A stretch of 63,075 nt of DNA, filler included, from Chiloscyllium plagiosum (Eukaryota): assembly GCF_004010195.1 (NCBI RefSeq). It is 4 parts of one record of this genome, joined end to end, with 100 filler letters (N's around TTAATTAATTAA, not from the genome) between each part and the next. Parts side by side here need not be neighbours in the genome. Positions count along the whole stretch, not along the records: positions 29,287 to 40,828 come from NC_057715.1; positions 40,929 to 53,719 come from NC_057715.1; 2 more parts are not named here. One strand, 5' to 3'. Both the position numbers and the translations under genes were made by a program. Positions within the stretch are counted from its first letter, which is position 1; the number at the start of each line of letters is the position of its first letter. This document shows positions 37,529 through 50,459 of this stretch, piece after piece. The notes under the pieces were generated by a model. It did not search any database and was not told where the DNA came from. It was given only the letters and a program-made list of their open reading frames with translations.

Positions 37529-38002
37529 ATTAATTTGTCCAGCACTGAAGTAAGACTATCTGGTCCATAATTGTTTGGGATTTCATTTGCATCCTCTTGA
37601 AACAACAAAACCACATTTGCTTCTCTTCAGTCCTCTGGCACCTCACCTGTGTCCAGTAAAGAGTAAACAATAATCCTCAGAGCATCTGTTATTTCCTCCC
37701 TGAACTCCTTCATCATCCTCAGGATCGATCCTCTGACCCTGATGACTTAAGGATTCTAACACTTCTCATGTGTCCCCTCTTGTTATCATTATATGGTCCA
37801 ACACACATACAGCCCCTTTTGGAGTACTATATCTACATCATCCCGTTCTTTTTTGAATATGGAGACAAAAACAAAATTAAAATTCTTTCTATTTCCTCTG
37901 CGTCTTCACACAAGTTCCCTTCTTTATCTCTGATGGGTTCCACTTCTTCCTTAAATATCCTTTTGCTCTTCATATACTAGTAAAACACGGTAGGGTTTTC
38001 CC

Positions 38003-38440
38003 TTAGATTAGATTACTTACAGTGTGGAAACAGGCCCTTTGGCCCAACAAGTTCACACGACCCTCCAAAGAGCAACCCACCCAGACCCATTCCCCTATAT
38101 TTGCCCTTCACCTAACACTATGGGCAATTTAGCATGGCCAATTCGCCTAACCTGCACGTTCTTGGACTGTGGGAGGAAACCGGAGCACCCGGAGGAAACC
38201 CACGCAGACACGGGGAAAATGTGCAAACTCCACACAGACAATTGCCTGAGGTGGGAAATGAACTCTGGTCTCTGGTTCTGTGAGGCACAGTGTAACCTTA
38301 GTTCATCTACCATGTTTGTAATACTCCTTGCATTGAAGTATAAACAGCTCAACTTCATCCATTTCCTTTGCTGGAAGCTTTTCCATTTCATTTCTTTTGT
38401 CTTTCCGAGTTGCTGTAACCACTGTTCCACCATGCTGCCC
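38003..38440 (-). mobile_element. HE1-like SINE split by a 120-bp templated insertion
   Basis: SINE body 38003-38295; the 5' head resumes at 38416 (taaccactgttccaccatgctgccc). Confidence 0.8.
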
Positions 38441-39005
38441 TTATCTTCCTTGTTGATATTTTTTGTGCCTTCTCTTTTATTTCCTTTTTTAAAATTTGAT
38501 CCCTGTGTTTTTTTACACTCCTTTAGGCTTTCTGCAGTGTGGAGATTTTGGTGACTATCATAAGCTTTCTTTTCTGTTTAATCTTCCCCTGTATTTTTCT
38601 ATACAAGCTTAGAGGTGTAGATTTGGCAGTACCACTCTTATTTTTCGAGGGGACAGGTCTGCTTTGTGCCCTAAGGATCACACTTTCTAGTGTCTCCCAG
38701 TGGTTTATCACTGATTTATCCTTTATCAGTCCTGACCTCAGCCAAATCACTTCCCAGTTTTGTAAAATTTGTAAAATTATATGGTCACTAACCCAGATTT
38801 GGTTGTCCAATGTCACTTTACTGACTTACCAATCTTCATTTCCCAAAATTAAATCCAGAATTGCATCTCGTCTCACTGGGCTTGTTATGCATTCTTTAGA
38901 AAACATTTCCTGGACACCATCTATGAATTTTTTTTACCCACAATGCCCTATATATTGTTTGAAACCTAGTTGATATTGGAATAGCTAATGTCTCCTACTA
39001 TTAAT

Positions 39006-39250
39006 TAAGAGAAAGTGAGGACTGCAGATGCTGGAGATCAGAGTCAAGGACTGTGCTAGTGGAAAAGCACGGCAGGTCAGACAGCAGCCGAGGAGAAGGA
39101 GAATCAACGTTTCGAGCATAAGTCCTTGATCAATTGATGTTTCGTGTGTAAGCCCTTCATCTGATGAAGGGCTTATGCTTGAAACATTGATTCTTGTGCT
39201 CCTCGTATGCTGCCTGACTGGTTGTGCTTTTCCAGCACCACAGTCTTCGA
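39006..39250. mobile_element. Inverted PLE-terminus dimer with 14-bp TSD
   Basis: TSD ctcctactattaat at 38992-39005 and 39251-39264. Central palindrome taagcccttcatc-t-gatgaagggctta at 39149-39175. Confidence 0.82.
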
Positions 39251-40828
39251 CTCCTACTATTAATGTCCTCTTATTCCGACAGGCAGAAATCTGACTACAT
39301 ATATTTTCTTTCTATCTCCCTCCCACTAATTGGGGATCTGTAGTATACTCCTAGTAGTGTGGTAGCCCCTTTTTTATTCCTTAACACAACTCATAAGATC
39401 TTATTTATTAACCCTTATAATATATCATCCTTTCTCACAACTGTAATTGATTGTTTAACCAATACTGCTCTGCTCTTTTTTGTTGTCACCAACTCTATCC
39501 TGATTGAAAACTCTTTATCTAGGAATATTGAGCTACTAATTTGCCCGTGCTTTAGCCAGCTTTCCATTATAGCAATGACATTGTGCTGCTATGTGTCTGT
39601 CAGTACCCTTAGTTCATCTACCATGTTTGTAATACTCCTTGCATTGAAGTTTAAACAGCTCAACTTCATCCATTTCCTTTGCTGGAAGCTTTTCCATCTC
39701 ATTTCTTTTGTCTTTCCGAGTTGCTGACGAATCACTAACAGATGATCCACCCCCCATTCCAGATCTATATCTGACCCATTTAAGCATTAGTTCCCTGCCA
39801 TGCAGTTTAAAACGTCACCAATGGAACTAGCAAACCACCTGTGAGGATATTTATCCCTTTTCTGCCAAGGCACAACCCATCAGGCTTGTACAGGTCCCAC
39901 TTTCTCAGAAACGGTCCCAATGCTTCAGGGATCTAAACCCCTTTCTGATGCACCATTTCTCCAGCCACGCATTCATCTGATCTTTCCTCATATTCCTGGT
40001 TACACTAGCATGTGGCACTGGGAGTAATCCTGAGATTCATACATTTGAGGTCCTGCATTTTATTTCATCGCCTAACTTTTTTTCAACTTTCAGATCCTCA
40101 TCCCTATATTTACTTATATTGTTGGTACCTATGTGTACCACAACCATTGGCTATTCACAGTCCCGCTTCAAAATGTCCTGCAGCTGTCCCATGTCATCCC
40201 TGACCCTGGCACCATATCATTCTAGATTCGTTTGTGCAGCCACAGAACTGTTCCCCTTTCTGTTGAATCTCCTATCACTTTAGCTGTGTCACTCGTTTTC
40301 CTTCTCTCTGTGCAGCAGAACCACCCGTGGTGCCATGAACTTGGCTGATATTGCTTTCCCCTGACAGCCATCCTGTCCACACCCCAACTGTATCCAAAGA
40401 GGGGGATGACCACAAGGCACTGCTGAACTTCCTTTCTGAATCTTTTACTTTTTCTGATGGTCAGCCATTCCCTTTCTGTCTTATCTAAATTATGCTCCAT
40501 TTGTCTTTTTCTTGACCATTTATTCAGTCTGTCCAAATCTTGCATCGGCCTCCGAAATCAGTCTGGCGCCATTACACACGCGGCCGCTACATCGCCCGCG
40601 GCAATACCTGCCGCCGCCGCCGCCGATGACGTCACCTCCGCCCCCACCGACCTCGCAGCCTCCGCGATCGCCGCCCAGACAACCGCCTCCGCGATCGCCG
40701 CCCAGACAACCGCCTCCGCGTTCGCGACCTCCACGGCTATGGGGAATAACTCTGTCTCTGCGGTCGCCGCAGCCACTTCCGCCCCCACTGACGTCACTAA
40801 CCTACACGCCCACAACGCCGCATGTGTC

Positions 40829-40928
40829 NNNNNNNNNNNNNNNNNNNNNNNNNNNNNNNNNNNNNNNNNNNNTTAATTAATTAANNNNNNNNNNNNNNNN
40901 NNNNNNNNNNNNNNNNNNNNNNNNNNNN
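40829..40928. other. Assembly gap with artificial linker
   Basis: 44N-TTAATTAATTAA-44N. Confidence 0.97.
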
Positions 40929-41860
40929 TCCACATATCATTTATACTCTTGCCTTGGAGTCTACTTTTCCAAGCCACACATCCTAAGTCATGCCTCACCG
41001 CATCACAATTTCCCTGACTCCAGCTATAACTCTTGCCCTGTAGTACACCCTTATCCCTCTCCATCACGAGAGTAAAAATCACTGAATTATGGTCACTATC
41101 CCCAAAGTGCTCACGTACCTCTAATTCTAACACCTGGCCTGGTTCGTTACCCAGAACCAAATCCAGTATGGCCTCACCTCTTGTTGGCCTGTCTACATAT
41201 TGTGTCAGGAAACTCTCCTGCACACATTGAACAAACACTGACCCATCTAACGAACTTGAGCTATAGCTTTCCCAATCAATATCAGGAAAGTTAAAGTCCC
41301 CCATAACAACCACCCTATTACTGTCACTCATCTCCTGAATCACCTTCCCTATCCTTTCTTCTACGTTTCTAGGACTATTAGGAGGCCTGTAAAAGACTCC
41401 TTACAGGGTGACCTCACCTTTCCTATTCCTAACCTCAGCCCAAACTACCTCGGATGGCAAGTCCTCATCCATCGTCCTTTCCACCGCTGTAATACTATCT
41501 TTGACAAGCAATGCCACACCTCCCCCTCTTTTACCCCCACCTCCGCCCCTACTCAAACATTTAAATTCTGGAACCTGCAACAGCCAATCCTGTTCCTGTT
41601 CTAGCCATGTCTCCGTAATAGCCACAACATCGAAGTCCCAGGTACCACCCCACGCTGCAAGTTCACCTACCTTATTTCGTATACTTCTTGCATTGAAGTA
41701 TACACACTTCAAGCCACTTTCCTGTTTACAGGCATACTCCTTTGAGATTGATGCCATGTTCCTAACCTCCCTACACTGCAGGTCCTGCACCCTAAAGCTA
41801 CAGTCTGGGTTCCCATGCCCCGACAGAGTTAGTTTAAACCACCCCCAAAAGCACTAGCAA
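40929..41860 (-). mobile_element. CR1 endonuclease region
   Basis: CVYFNARSIRNKVGEL..VAITETWL, VMGDFNFP..LDLVLGNEPG..GDSDHN. Confidence 0.92.
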
Positions 41861-44800
41861 AAAGAAGTGCCATTCAGCAACTGAACTCATTACAGCCTTG
41901 ATCCAAGCAAGGATTAAAGAGCAGAATGCCAACAAACTGTCCTTGCCATTGTGGTGACCTTTGACCAAAGGTGGAAAGTTTAAAATTGAAGTCAACTGAA
42001 ATTGGGGAAAAACTGTCCACTTGCTGAAATCACACTCGTACAAAGGACATGTTGGCAGTCAGTATTCTTGGCCCCAGGACATCACTTGGAAATATTATGA
42101 GCCTTTTCTTTTAATCTGACACTACCCTTAACGCCTAAAGTTGCCATGGATGGATCTCTTTTCCAGTAGGTTTTTTATTTCTCACTGGATAGTAGATTCT
42201 TTGGAAATAGAAATAGTTCTTTAAGACAGAGTTATTGGCCTAATATTGCTGCTTCTTCATTGACCTACCTCCATAATAAGTTCAAAAGTGGAGATGTTTT
42301 CTAATGATGAGTGTTCAGTATTATTCACAACTCCTCAGATCATCATGCAGTCATGCTTACAAAAAACAAGACTTGGACAACATTCAGACCTGGGTGATAG
42401 GCACACATCATCCTGACTATATTGTCATTCTGTCAGTTTTGTTATATCAAGATCCTGGAAGACTTCCCTTTCTAACAACATTATGGATGTAACTACGCTG
42501 TATGAAGCATAGCAGTTCAAGAAGATGGCTCACCACCATCTTCGGAAGTGCAACTAGTGATGATCAACAGTTCTGGCTTTGCTTCCATTCCATAAAAGTA
42601 TTAAAAAATAACAAATGGCAGCCACAAGACAATTTATGTCCAGTAAGATTGCACATATCATAAAGCCACTACTCCCCTCATCTGTAGCTGTGTTACAAAA
42701 AATAATCTAATGCAACACGGTCTCTTAGATTAGAGAGTATATGTGATCTTCCCCTATGCTCTTTGAGGGATCAACATTAACGTTCATCACTATTGTCCTT
42801 TATACGCATAGCATGTGGAAGCTCTTACAATCTTTTTGCCCATTTCCAACTAAATTACTCTTAATTTCTATTTTATCTTATTTGATCAACATTTTATTCT
42901 TTGCCAATATCAAAACTTCTCCCGACTTTCAGATTTATGCTGCTTTTTGGAAATATTGTGAGCCTTTTCTTTTAACCAGATATTACCCTTAATCTTTTAA
43001 GTTTGTCACGCATTCCCACTGTTTTCGAGTAGGGTTTTTATTTCTCACTGGATAGTAGACTCTTTGGAAATAGCAATAGTTTTTTAAGTGTTCACTGTTG
43101 CTCTTCTCTCATCAAAGCATTCATTTTAATTTCTTAATCTGCCTTTACCCAACTCATCTCCGGTACCTAAGTAATTAGTTTTAGTAAAGATAAAAGATGT
43201 GTGTTTTATTTATATTATAATATAATTTATGTTAGAGTTCAGATTTGAGCTAGTGACATGAATTTTAGTTCTGTGTCTGAAGATGTTTAATTATTAACTT
43301 GTTGGCATTTCTGTAGTTACGGTGATTTATTTTCAAAACCATACATGAGAGAGTGTGTCTGGTATGTATTGGGGTTCTGTTTTCATGAAGATAGTTTTCA
43401 CAAGCAAACATAATAAACATTTCTGTGTAAGAATTTCAGTTTAGAAGGTTCAGAGATTGGTATTTTGTCTCTTCTGATCAGAGAAATTTTCCATAGTTTG
43501 AAAAAGGTCTTTAAGTTTCAATTTGGCAGTTTTGCAGAAGCCTTAGTTGAAGCTATATACTGTAAAAAGTCACTTCTAAAGATAGGGGATAATTTAGCAC
43601 TGTTACAAAAGTGTTTAGTTTTAAAATTCCTGGCCAGAAGTGTTTGGTTATAAACTCTGAAGGGGCTATTTGAAGTTGACAAAATCTATTGTATAAAGAC
43701 TCAAGAAAAAAGCAATCAGGTTCTAAAACTGATGATTGAAGTCACACTAAGTTGAGCCCTATTGATGTGACAGAAAAGGAAGTCTATGGTGTAAATATTG
43801 TAAAGATTTTAGGGATTAATGGGATTATATTTTACCAAGTATTATGAAACCTTTACACATAAATTATATGCAAGTATTGTGTTTTATTCCATTTTGTCTT
43901 CAGTTCTTCTGCAAACTAAACTTCAATTTTATTGTTAAAACTAAATCTGCAGTTTCATTGAAGAACCACCTTGTTCAAAATGAAAAATAAAATTACAATA
44001 TGATCAATTAAGCCAGGTTGCAGTCTGAGATCTGACTAGTCCAGGAAAGCATCAGCAGCAATCATAACACACTCTCATATTCCACATGAAATTCCATTAT
44101 GATCACACTTTCCCAGAAAATTTCTTCATATCAAAATTATTAATTAACTTGTCTCCTCGCATAAAGCCTAATTAGTATATGATGTAATATTCCTAGAAAC
44201 TATGTTAAATACATTGCAGTAATGTCCTCCAAATTACTTTTCAGTTTGATTTTTCAAGTCTATATAAATATCATCATCCAAAATTATTGCTTTGCTTTTG
44301 CTACAAACGGTTCTATTTTCTCGATTAAAACTTTTATCATACACACAGCTATTATTAGGGAAGGGGTGGGGAGCTATGAATTACTTTCACAACAATTTTC
44401 TAAAACTGGTTATTTCTTACTCACCGTACTTATTCTCCTCACTGCTCTTTTGAGCCAAGATAATTTCTCATTTTTTTTATGTCATCCGTTATTACATCAG
44501 ACTGTCATTTTCCACTTCCCACCACCCACAGCCCTCTCCCCCACACCAACCCGTGTTCACATATATCCTTTCTAATTTTATCTGACTGTTTGAAATAGCA
44601 AGTATGCTGAAATATTCAGATCCCAAATTTGGTCACCATGCAATCATGTCCTTACAGTAATTAAGACAAATCCATTGGTTTCTGCTTGTCCTATTGATTA
44701 ATTTATCCTGTTAAGAATGATTTGTATATTCAGACAATATGTGTTTAATTTTAATCTGATACTTTTTTTTCCTGGTTGGCACTTAGCCACCATTTATTAT

Positions 44801-47800
44801 TACTGTAAGTTTATTCTTCAATCCTCTCACTCTCTTTTTCCACAATGCTGTGGTGTTTAACTTTTTTTAAAACTTGTCTCAGTTCGGTTTATAAGCGGTT
44901 TGGAGAAAGTGAGGGAAAAGCACAGCAGGCCAGATATCATCCAAGGATTAGGAGAGTCAATGTTTCAGGCATAATTCCTGCTCCTTGGAAGCTGCCTAAT
45001 CAGCTGTGCTTTTCCAGTGCCACACTTTTTGACTCAGTTTATAGACAGCCTATCCCAAAGGAATGGATTTCTTTTTCCATGCAGTACTGGTACCAGTGTC
45101 CTGTAGAACAAACATTTTGCCATCATCCTTCCAGCCAACCCTTCAACTCTCTGATTTGTTGGATTTTCACTCCAGGCTTAAGTAGTGATTCACAGATTAC
45201 TACCTTTTGAAATTCTGCTCTTTCGTTTGATGACTAGTTCTTCAAACTCCCTCAGCTTGTTCTATGTCCTTGGTTGTTACATGGAACACAAATGTGATCT
45301 TCCTCCTTGTATTTCAAGTTATTTTCTAGCCAAGAGGGTTTTTTGTAGGTAACACAAATTTCAGACATGCCATTCATAATAATGAAGAAAACTATCTGAA
45401 TCTATGCTGTTTCCTATCACAACCAAATTCAATTTTCACTCCTTTCACTTGAATGGTCATGTTAAGTGGTCAGTTTGTTTATACAGCTGACAAGTTTTTC
45501 CATTATCTTTGCCGGAAGAATTTTGTATAAGTTTGATCATTTCAAAGGCTGAGGCTACTTCAGCATTGCACATGAATCATCTTATCTGCTTCATTCAGTT
45601 CATATCCTCCTGTCCATGTTCAGTAATGAGGTCTGTGTCATCTCCTAAACCAAGGTGACTACCTTCTGGATTAAAGTGTCCAAATAAGTCATCCTCTCCC
45701 TGTCTGCACCTCAGACTCCACTTTAATGATCTGAGCTAATTTATTTTAAAAGTAGATACTTGTCATAGCTTTGTGATCCGAGGTCAAATGTTTTCTACAA
45801 ACTCGAACATGTTGCAGTTATCAAACGACCATAATGCTAACACAGTAAAATATTATTTATTTACTTATTGATTTAGTCTATGCAATAGACTGACTTAATC
45901 TATAACTTTTCGTAATTTAACTATTTACTTTATCTGGTATAAGTTATAGGTAGGTGAAATTAATTCTTGTAACACAAAATCAACAGCAGTTCTTATAACC
46001 ATTCTGTGTTGACAATTATCCATCAGCAGATACTAAGGCAATAGCGGCAACAGATAATTTAAATTCCATTGAAATCTGAAGTAGTTCAGTAGTTGACAAA
46101 TAAATACAAATGATAACCAATTGTCAGTTCTAAAAGCTGATTTAATTAATTGTACGTGATTATTGGATTGTGTTACTCTCATTAAATTTATCTAAAGTGC
46201 ACATTAAAACATCAGGAAATCCTTGGAGAGTGTGTGTTTAAGACTCATACAGCTGGCATAACTCAAGGAGGTCCTTGTCTAATTTAAATGGTAGCCCAGA
46301 AGTGAATAATTTGAATGATGTGGATAATATTGTTTACACTAATGCAGAAAATATTAGTGATCTGCTTGATGTAGCTATCCATGGAAAATGGAAAATACAG
46401 CAGATGTCCCCAGTAGCAGCCTGGAAGGAGTTTCACTCCTCAAAGGTCCACCTGCCACTTTTCCTGGTTATGGAGGTTGGTACTGCTCCTTTTCTTCACA
46501 ATCCATCTAAAGGAGTGAAGAGAAACTATAATAATAAACAATGAATGTTCAATCATGGTAGAAAAGGGGAAAGATCTCAAGTAAGTAAAGTGGACAGCCA
46601 CAACTGCCTTGGAAATACATTAGCCACAAAATGATACAAATTGCATGACCCCTGTGCTAGCTAGCAGTTGAATACTCCTTTAAATCCAACTTTCATTTCA
46701 TTTTTTCTATTTTATGAGATGTGAGCATTGTTAGCTGGGCAAATATTTATTGTGCATCTCTAATTGCCCTTGAGAAGGTGAAAGTTTGGCATTGACTTGT
46801 ACCATTACAGTCCATGGGGGCAGGTACATCCAAAGTGCATTAAGAAGCGAGTTCCAGGATTTGACTGTGATGGTGGAAATAGTTACATAATTGCAAATGA
46901 GGATGGTGTGTGACTTGAGTTGTTCCTATGCATCAGATACCCTTGACCTTCATGGTGGTGGAGATTGTAGGTTTTTTAGATGTTGTCAATGGAACATCTA
47001 ATGGGTTTGAAGATGTGGTCTAGCACATCTTGTAAGGGTACACACTGCTTCCACTGTATGCCAACAGTGGAGAGAGTAAATTTTTAAAGTGGTGGGTGGG
47101 CTGTCAATTAAACAGGCTGCTTTGACCTGTATGGATCAAGTCTTTTTAGAGCTCAGCTCACCCTGGGAAATGGAGAATATTTCATCTCAAACCTAATTTG
47201 TACCTTGTTGATGGTGGATGGGCTTTTCAAGGTCAGAAGATGGGATACTCTCAGTTAATGGTGTCGGCTTTTGTACCTACATTCCCTTGTCCCTTGTCGG
47301 GTTAACACTGAATATCAACTGCCAAAGGCAGTTGCAACATTAGGGTATACCCACTTGATGTTTATTGAAGCGTAACATAATAACAACAATACATCACAAG
47401 CTTACCCATACAATGCTTACAACCTCAAGACCTGGTTTACATAGACTTATCCGAAGATCAGACCAAATTAGGTGGCCAGCCTGCTTCATCCCAACCTCCA
47501 TTCATTAATCAGGTGGCTTCTGTTCATAAGTTAGCTTGCTGTCACCCTGAATCACATTTTCTTACATTCCTTTCCATGCATGCAGCCAATGTGAGCAATT
47601 CTCGGTACTGTCCAGTCTTCAGCAATTGACTGGTTGACCACTGGTAAATATCACCAGCATAGCACAACTATCACATTCAGTTGACCTTTCATGCATCAGG
47701 ACATCAACTTATTTTCCCTTGAAAGAAGGAAGATTACCTCTCGGTTTGAACAAATCTTGGCCATGCTGCTCACTTAGGCTATTCCTTGCAGCTTTTGTGT

Positions 47801-48691
47801 ATGATGTTAAAACAACACAGCCTTGTGGTCAACCATACTTTCTTTTGCTGACAAATGGTTGATTATTTCATCTACTGCCCTATGTTTGATTTTAACAGGA
47901 CTCAACTGAAACATACTGTGTCACTAGTTCAGTTCATCACTGACTGAGTAGCAACACTTAAACATACTTAAAACTTCAGCAAGCACATACAACACGAAGA
48001 GATGGCCCAGTGATCATCTAGGGATTAAGTCACCATCCACTGACTGATTGACCTCTCAATAAGTCAGTTTCCTATGTTTATCTCATGTTGGTTGCCCCAG
48101 CAAATTTAGGGTTTCTACCTATAATTGTAACTGCAGGATGTTGATGTTGAGGATTCACTGATAGTAACACAATTGAATATCATGGAAGATAGTTAAAAAT
48201 ATCCTTTTGTTTGAACCTTTCATTGTCTTATACTAGTGGGCCACAAATATTATTTGCCACTTGTTAACCCAACAATGCCTTGTCCAAGGCATATTATATA
48301 TAGACACAGACTGTTCCATTATCTGAAACATTGTGAGTAATGCTGAAGATTGTGAAATCACTGTTGAAAAATATGCAACTGACTGAATCTAGGACACTAA
48401 CCTGAGGAACTCTACAGGAATGTCCTAGGACTGAGATGATTTCCTTTACTTCAGTTTTTCTAGAATTTATGATCAGTCAAATGCTGCCTTCCTATCAACC
48501 TACATCTGAAATTCAGCTAATGTGTCCATGATTGGACCATGGCAATAATGAGATTAGGGTGGCTAGTGGCCCTGAAGTAACCCAAACTGAACATTAGTCA
48601 GCAAGTTATGGCTGATCAAGTCTGCTTGATTGCACTGTTGATCAGCACCTTTCCACACTTTGCTGATAATTGAAAGTAGACTGCTGCAGTA

Positions 48692-49040
48692 GGACGTTGC
48701 GGTGGCTCAGTGGTTAGCCCTGCTGCCACACAGTGCCTGGGACATGGGTTTGATTCCAGCCTCTGGTGACTATCTGCACTGAATTTCCACATTCTCCCAG
48801 TGTCTGTGCAGGTTTCTGCCAGTGCTCTGGTTTCCTCCCACAGCCCAAAGATGTGCTGGTTAGGTGGATTGGCCGTGCTAAATTACCCATAGTATCCAGG
48901 GATGTGCAGGCTAGGTGGAATAGTCCTGGGAAATGCAGGGTTACAGGGATAGGATGGATCTGGATGGGATGCTCTATAGAGGGTTTGTGTGGACTTGATG
49001 GGCTGAATGGCCTGCTTCCACAATGTAGGAATTCTATGAA
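48692..49040 (+). mobile_element. HE1-like SINE, diverged
   Basis: ggtggctcagtggttagc (A box), gggtttgattcc (B box), CR1-like tail. Confidence 0.8.
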
Positions 49041-49309
49041 TTGATCGATCTAGATTTGTCCTGCTTTTTAGGCCAGGGACATACCTCAGCAATTGTTGGG
49101 TGGACTTCTGGGCATTGGAACTAGTTCTAAGGCAGATGAGACTTGTACAAGAAAGGTGGCTTGCACTTTAGTGTACAGGGACTAAAATCATCACCAAGAG
49201 ATTTGCTATTACTTTTCGTAGACTTTGGTTGTGAGATGGGAAACTGAGAGGAACTGGCAGCATGAAGTAGGAAAGTGACAGTCAAAATTAGAAATCAGAG
49301 GGTTTGTCT

Positions 49310-49780
49310 ACAGAGTCAGCATGGGTAGAAGTCAGAAACAGGAACGGAACAGCCACTTTATTGGGAGTTTTCTACAGGACCCCAATAGCAACAGAGATAC
49401 CGAGGAGCAGATTGGGAGGCAGAATTTGGAAAGTGCAGAAGTAACAGGGCTGCAGTCAAAGATGACTTTAACTTCCCTACTATTTATTGGAACCTCATTA
49501 GTTGAAATAGTTTGATGGAGCAGTTTTTGTCAGGTGTGTCCAGGAAAAGTTCCTTGACACAATATTTGGAAAGGCTGACTAAACGGGAGGCCATATTGGA
49601 TTTGATGCTTGGCAACAAATCATGCCAGGTATCAGATCTCTTTGTGGGAGTGCATTTTGGTGATGGTGATCACAAGTCTCTGGTCTTTACTATAGTCATA
49701 AAGAAGGATAGGAGCAGACGGAATGATAAAATATTTAGTTGGGGAAGGGGGAATTACAATGCTATGAGGCAGGAACTGGG
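49310..49780 (+). mobile_element. CR1 endonuclease fragment
   Basis: LTQYLERLTKREAILDLMLGN..HFGDGDH. Confidence 0.8.
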
Positions 49781-50459
49781 TCTTCCCCTCTACTTTGGAG
49801 GAATCTTGAAACTATCAACTTTATCCCATACTAATAGTATAGTTATCTGAAACTTTGTTGACTCTAGGCCTTCTGCTTCTTCTGCAGATCAAGCTGACTC
49901 CCTATCTACTCCCTGACTGGTGGCATGTACCTTATACCTTGACCTCAGGGTTGTTTCCTTCTGACTTCACTTCACTTGTTTGGGTTGTATCCAATGACTT
50001 TGGGCAATATGATCCAATCACTTACACCTGTGGCTCTGGGTTTCTTGAGTCACACACATTGACCCCTTGTGGTCACTCTTGTCACACTGACATCATTCTA
50101 TGGTTGGTGCTGCACTCTGCTGAGTTTCCATTACCCCTTGCAGCTGGGTGTTGTCAGCTAACTGAGTTGCTTCGCTGGTAGCCAACTCCATTGAGATAGC
50201 AACTTTAAAAACTGTCTTGAAATCTACAGTTCATAGGCTAGATCCCAACCTTGTTGTCAATTTTTATGTTTGTACCTCCTTTGGAACCAGGAATTATATA
50301 CCCGGTAGACAAATAGTCAATCTGAGCAGGACGACTTTATGGATTATGCTAACACATCCACAGCTGGTTCTTGACTGGACCCAAGACCTGCCTCCTCAGG
50401 TCGCCTGACTAATTCTCTTAAAGCAGACTATCCACATACATAACAGACACATTGATGAT

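Larger units (their letters stand above)
36110..40510 (-). mobile_element. Old CR1 LINE, nearly full length, with nested SINE and PLE inserts
   Basis: GVWNLL, SDVPQGTVL, NYGPDSLTSV, CLYFNARSI, VIGDS. Confidence 0.8.
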
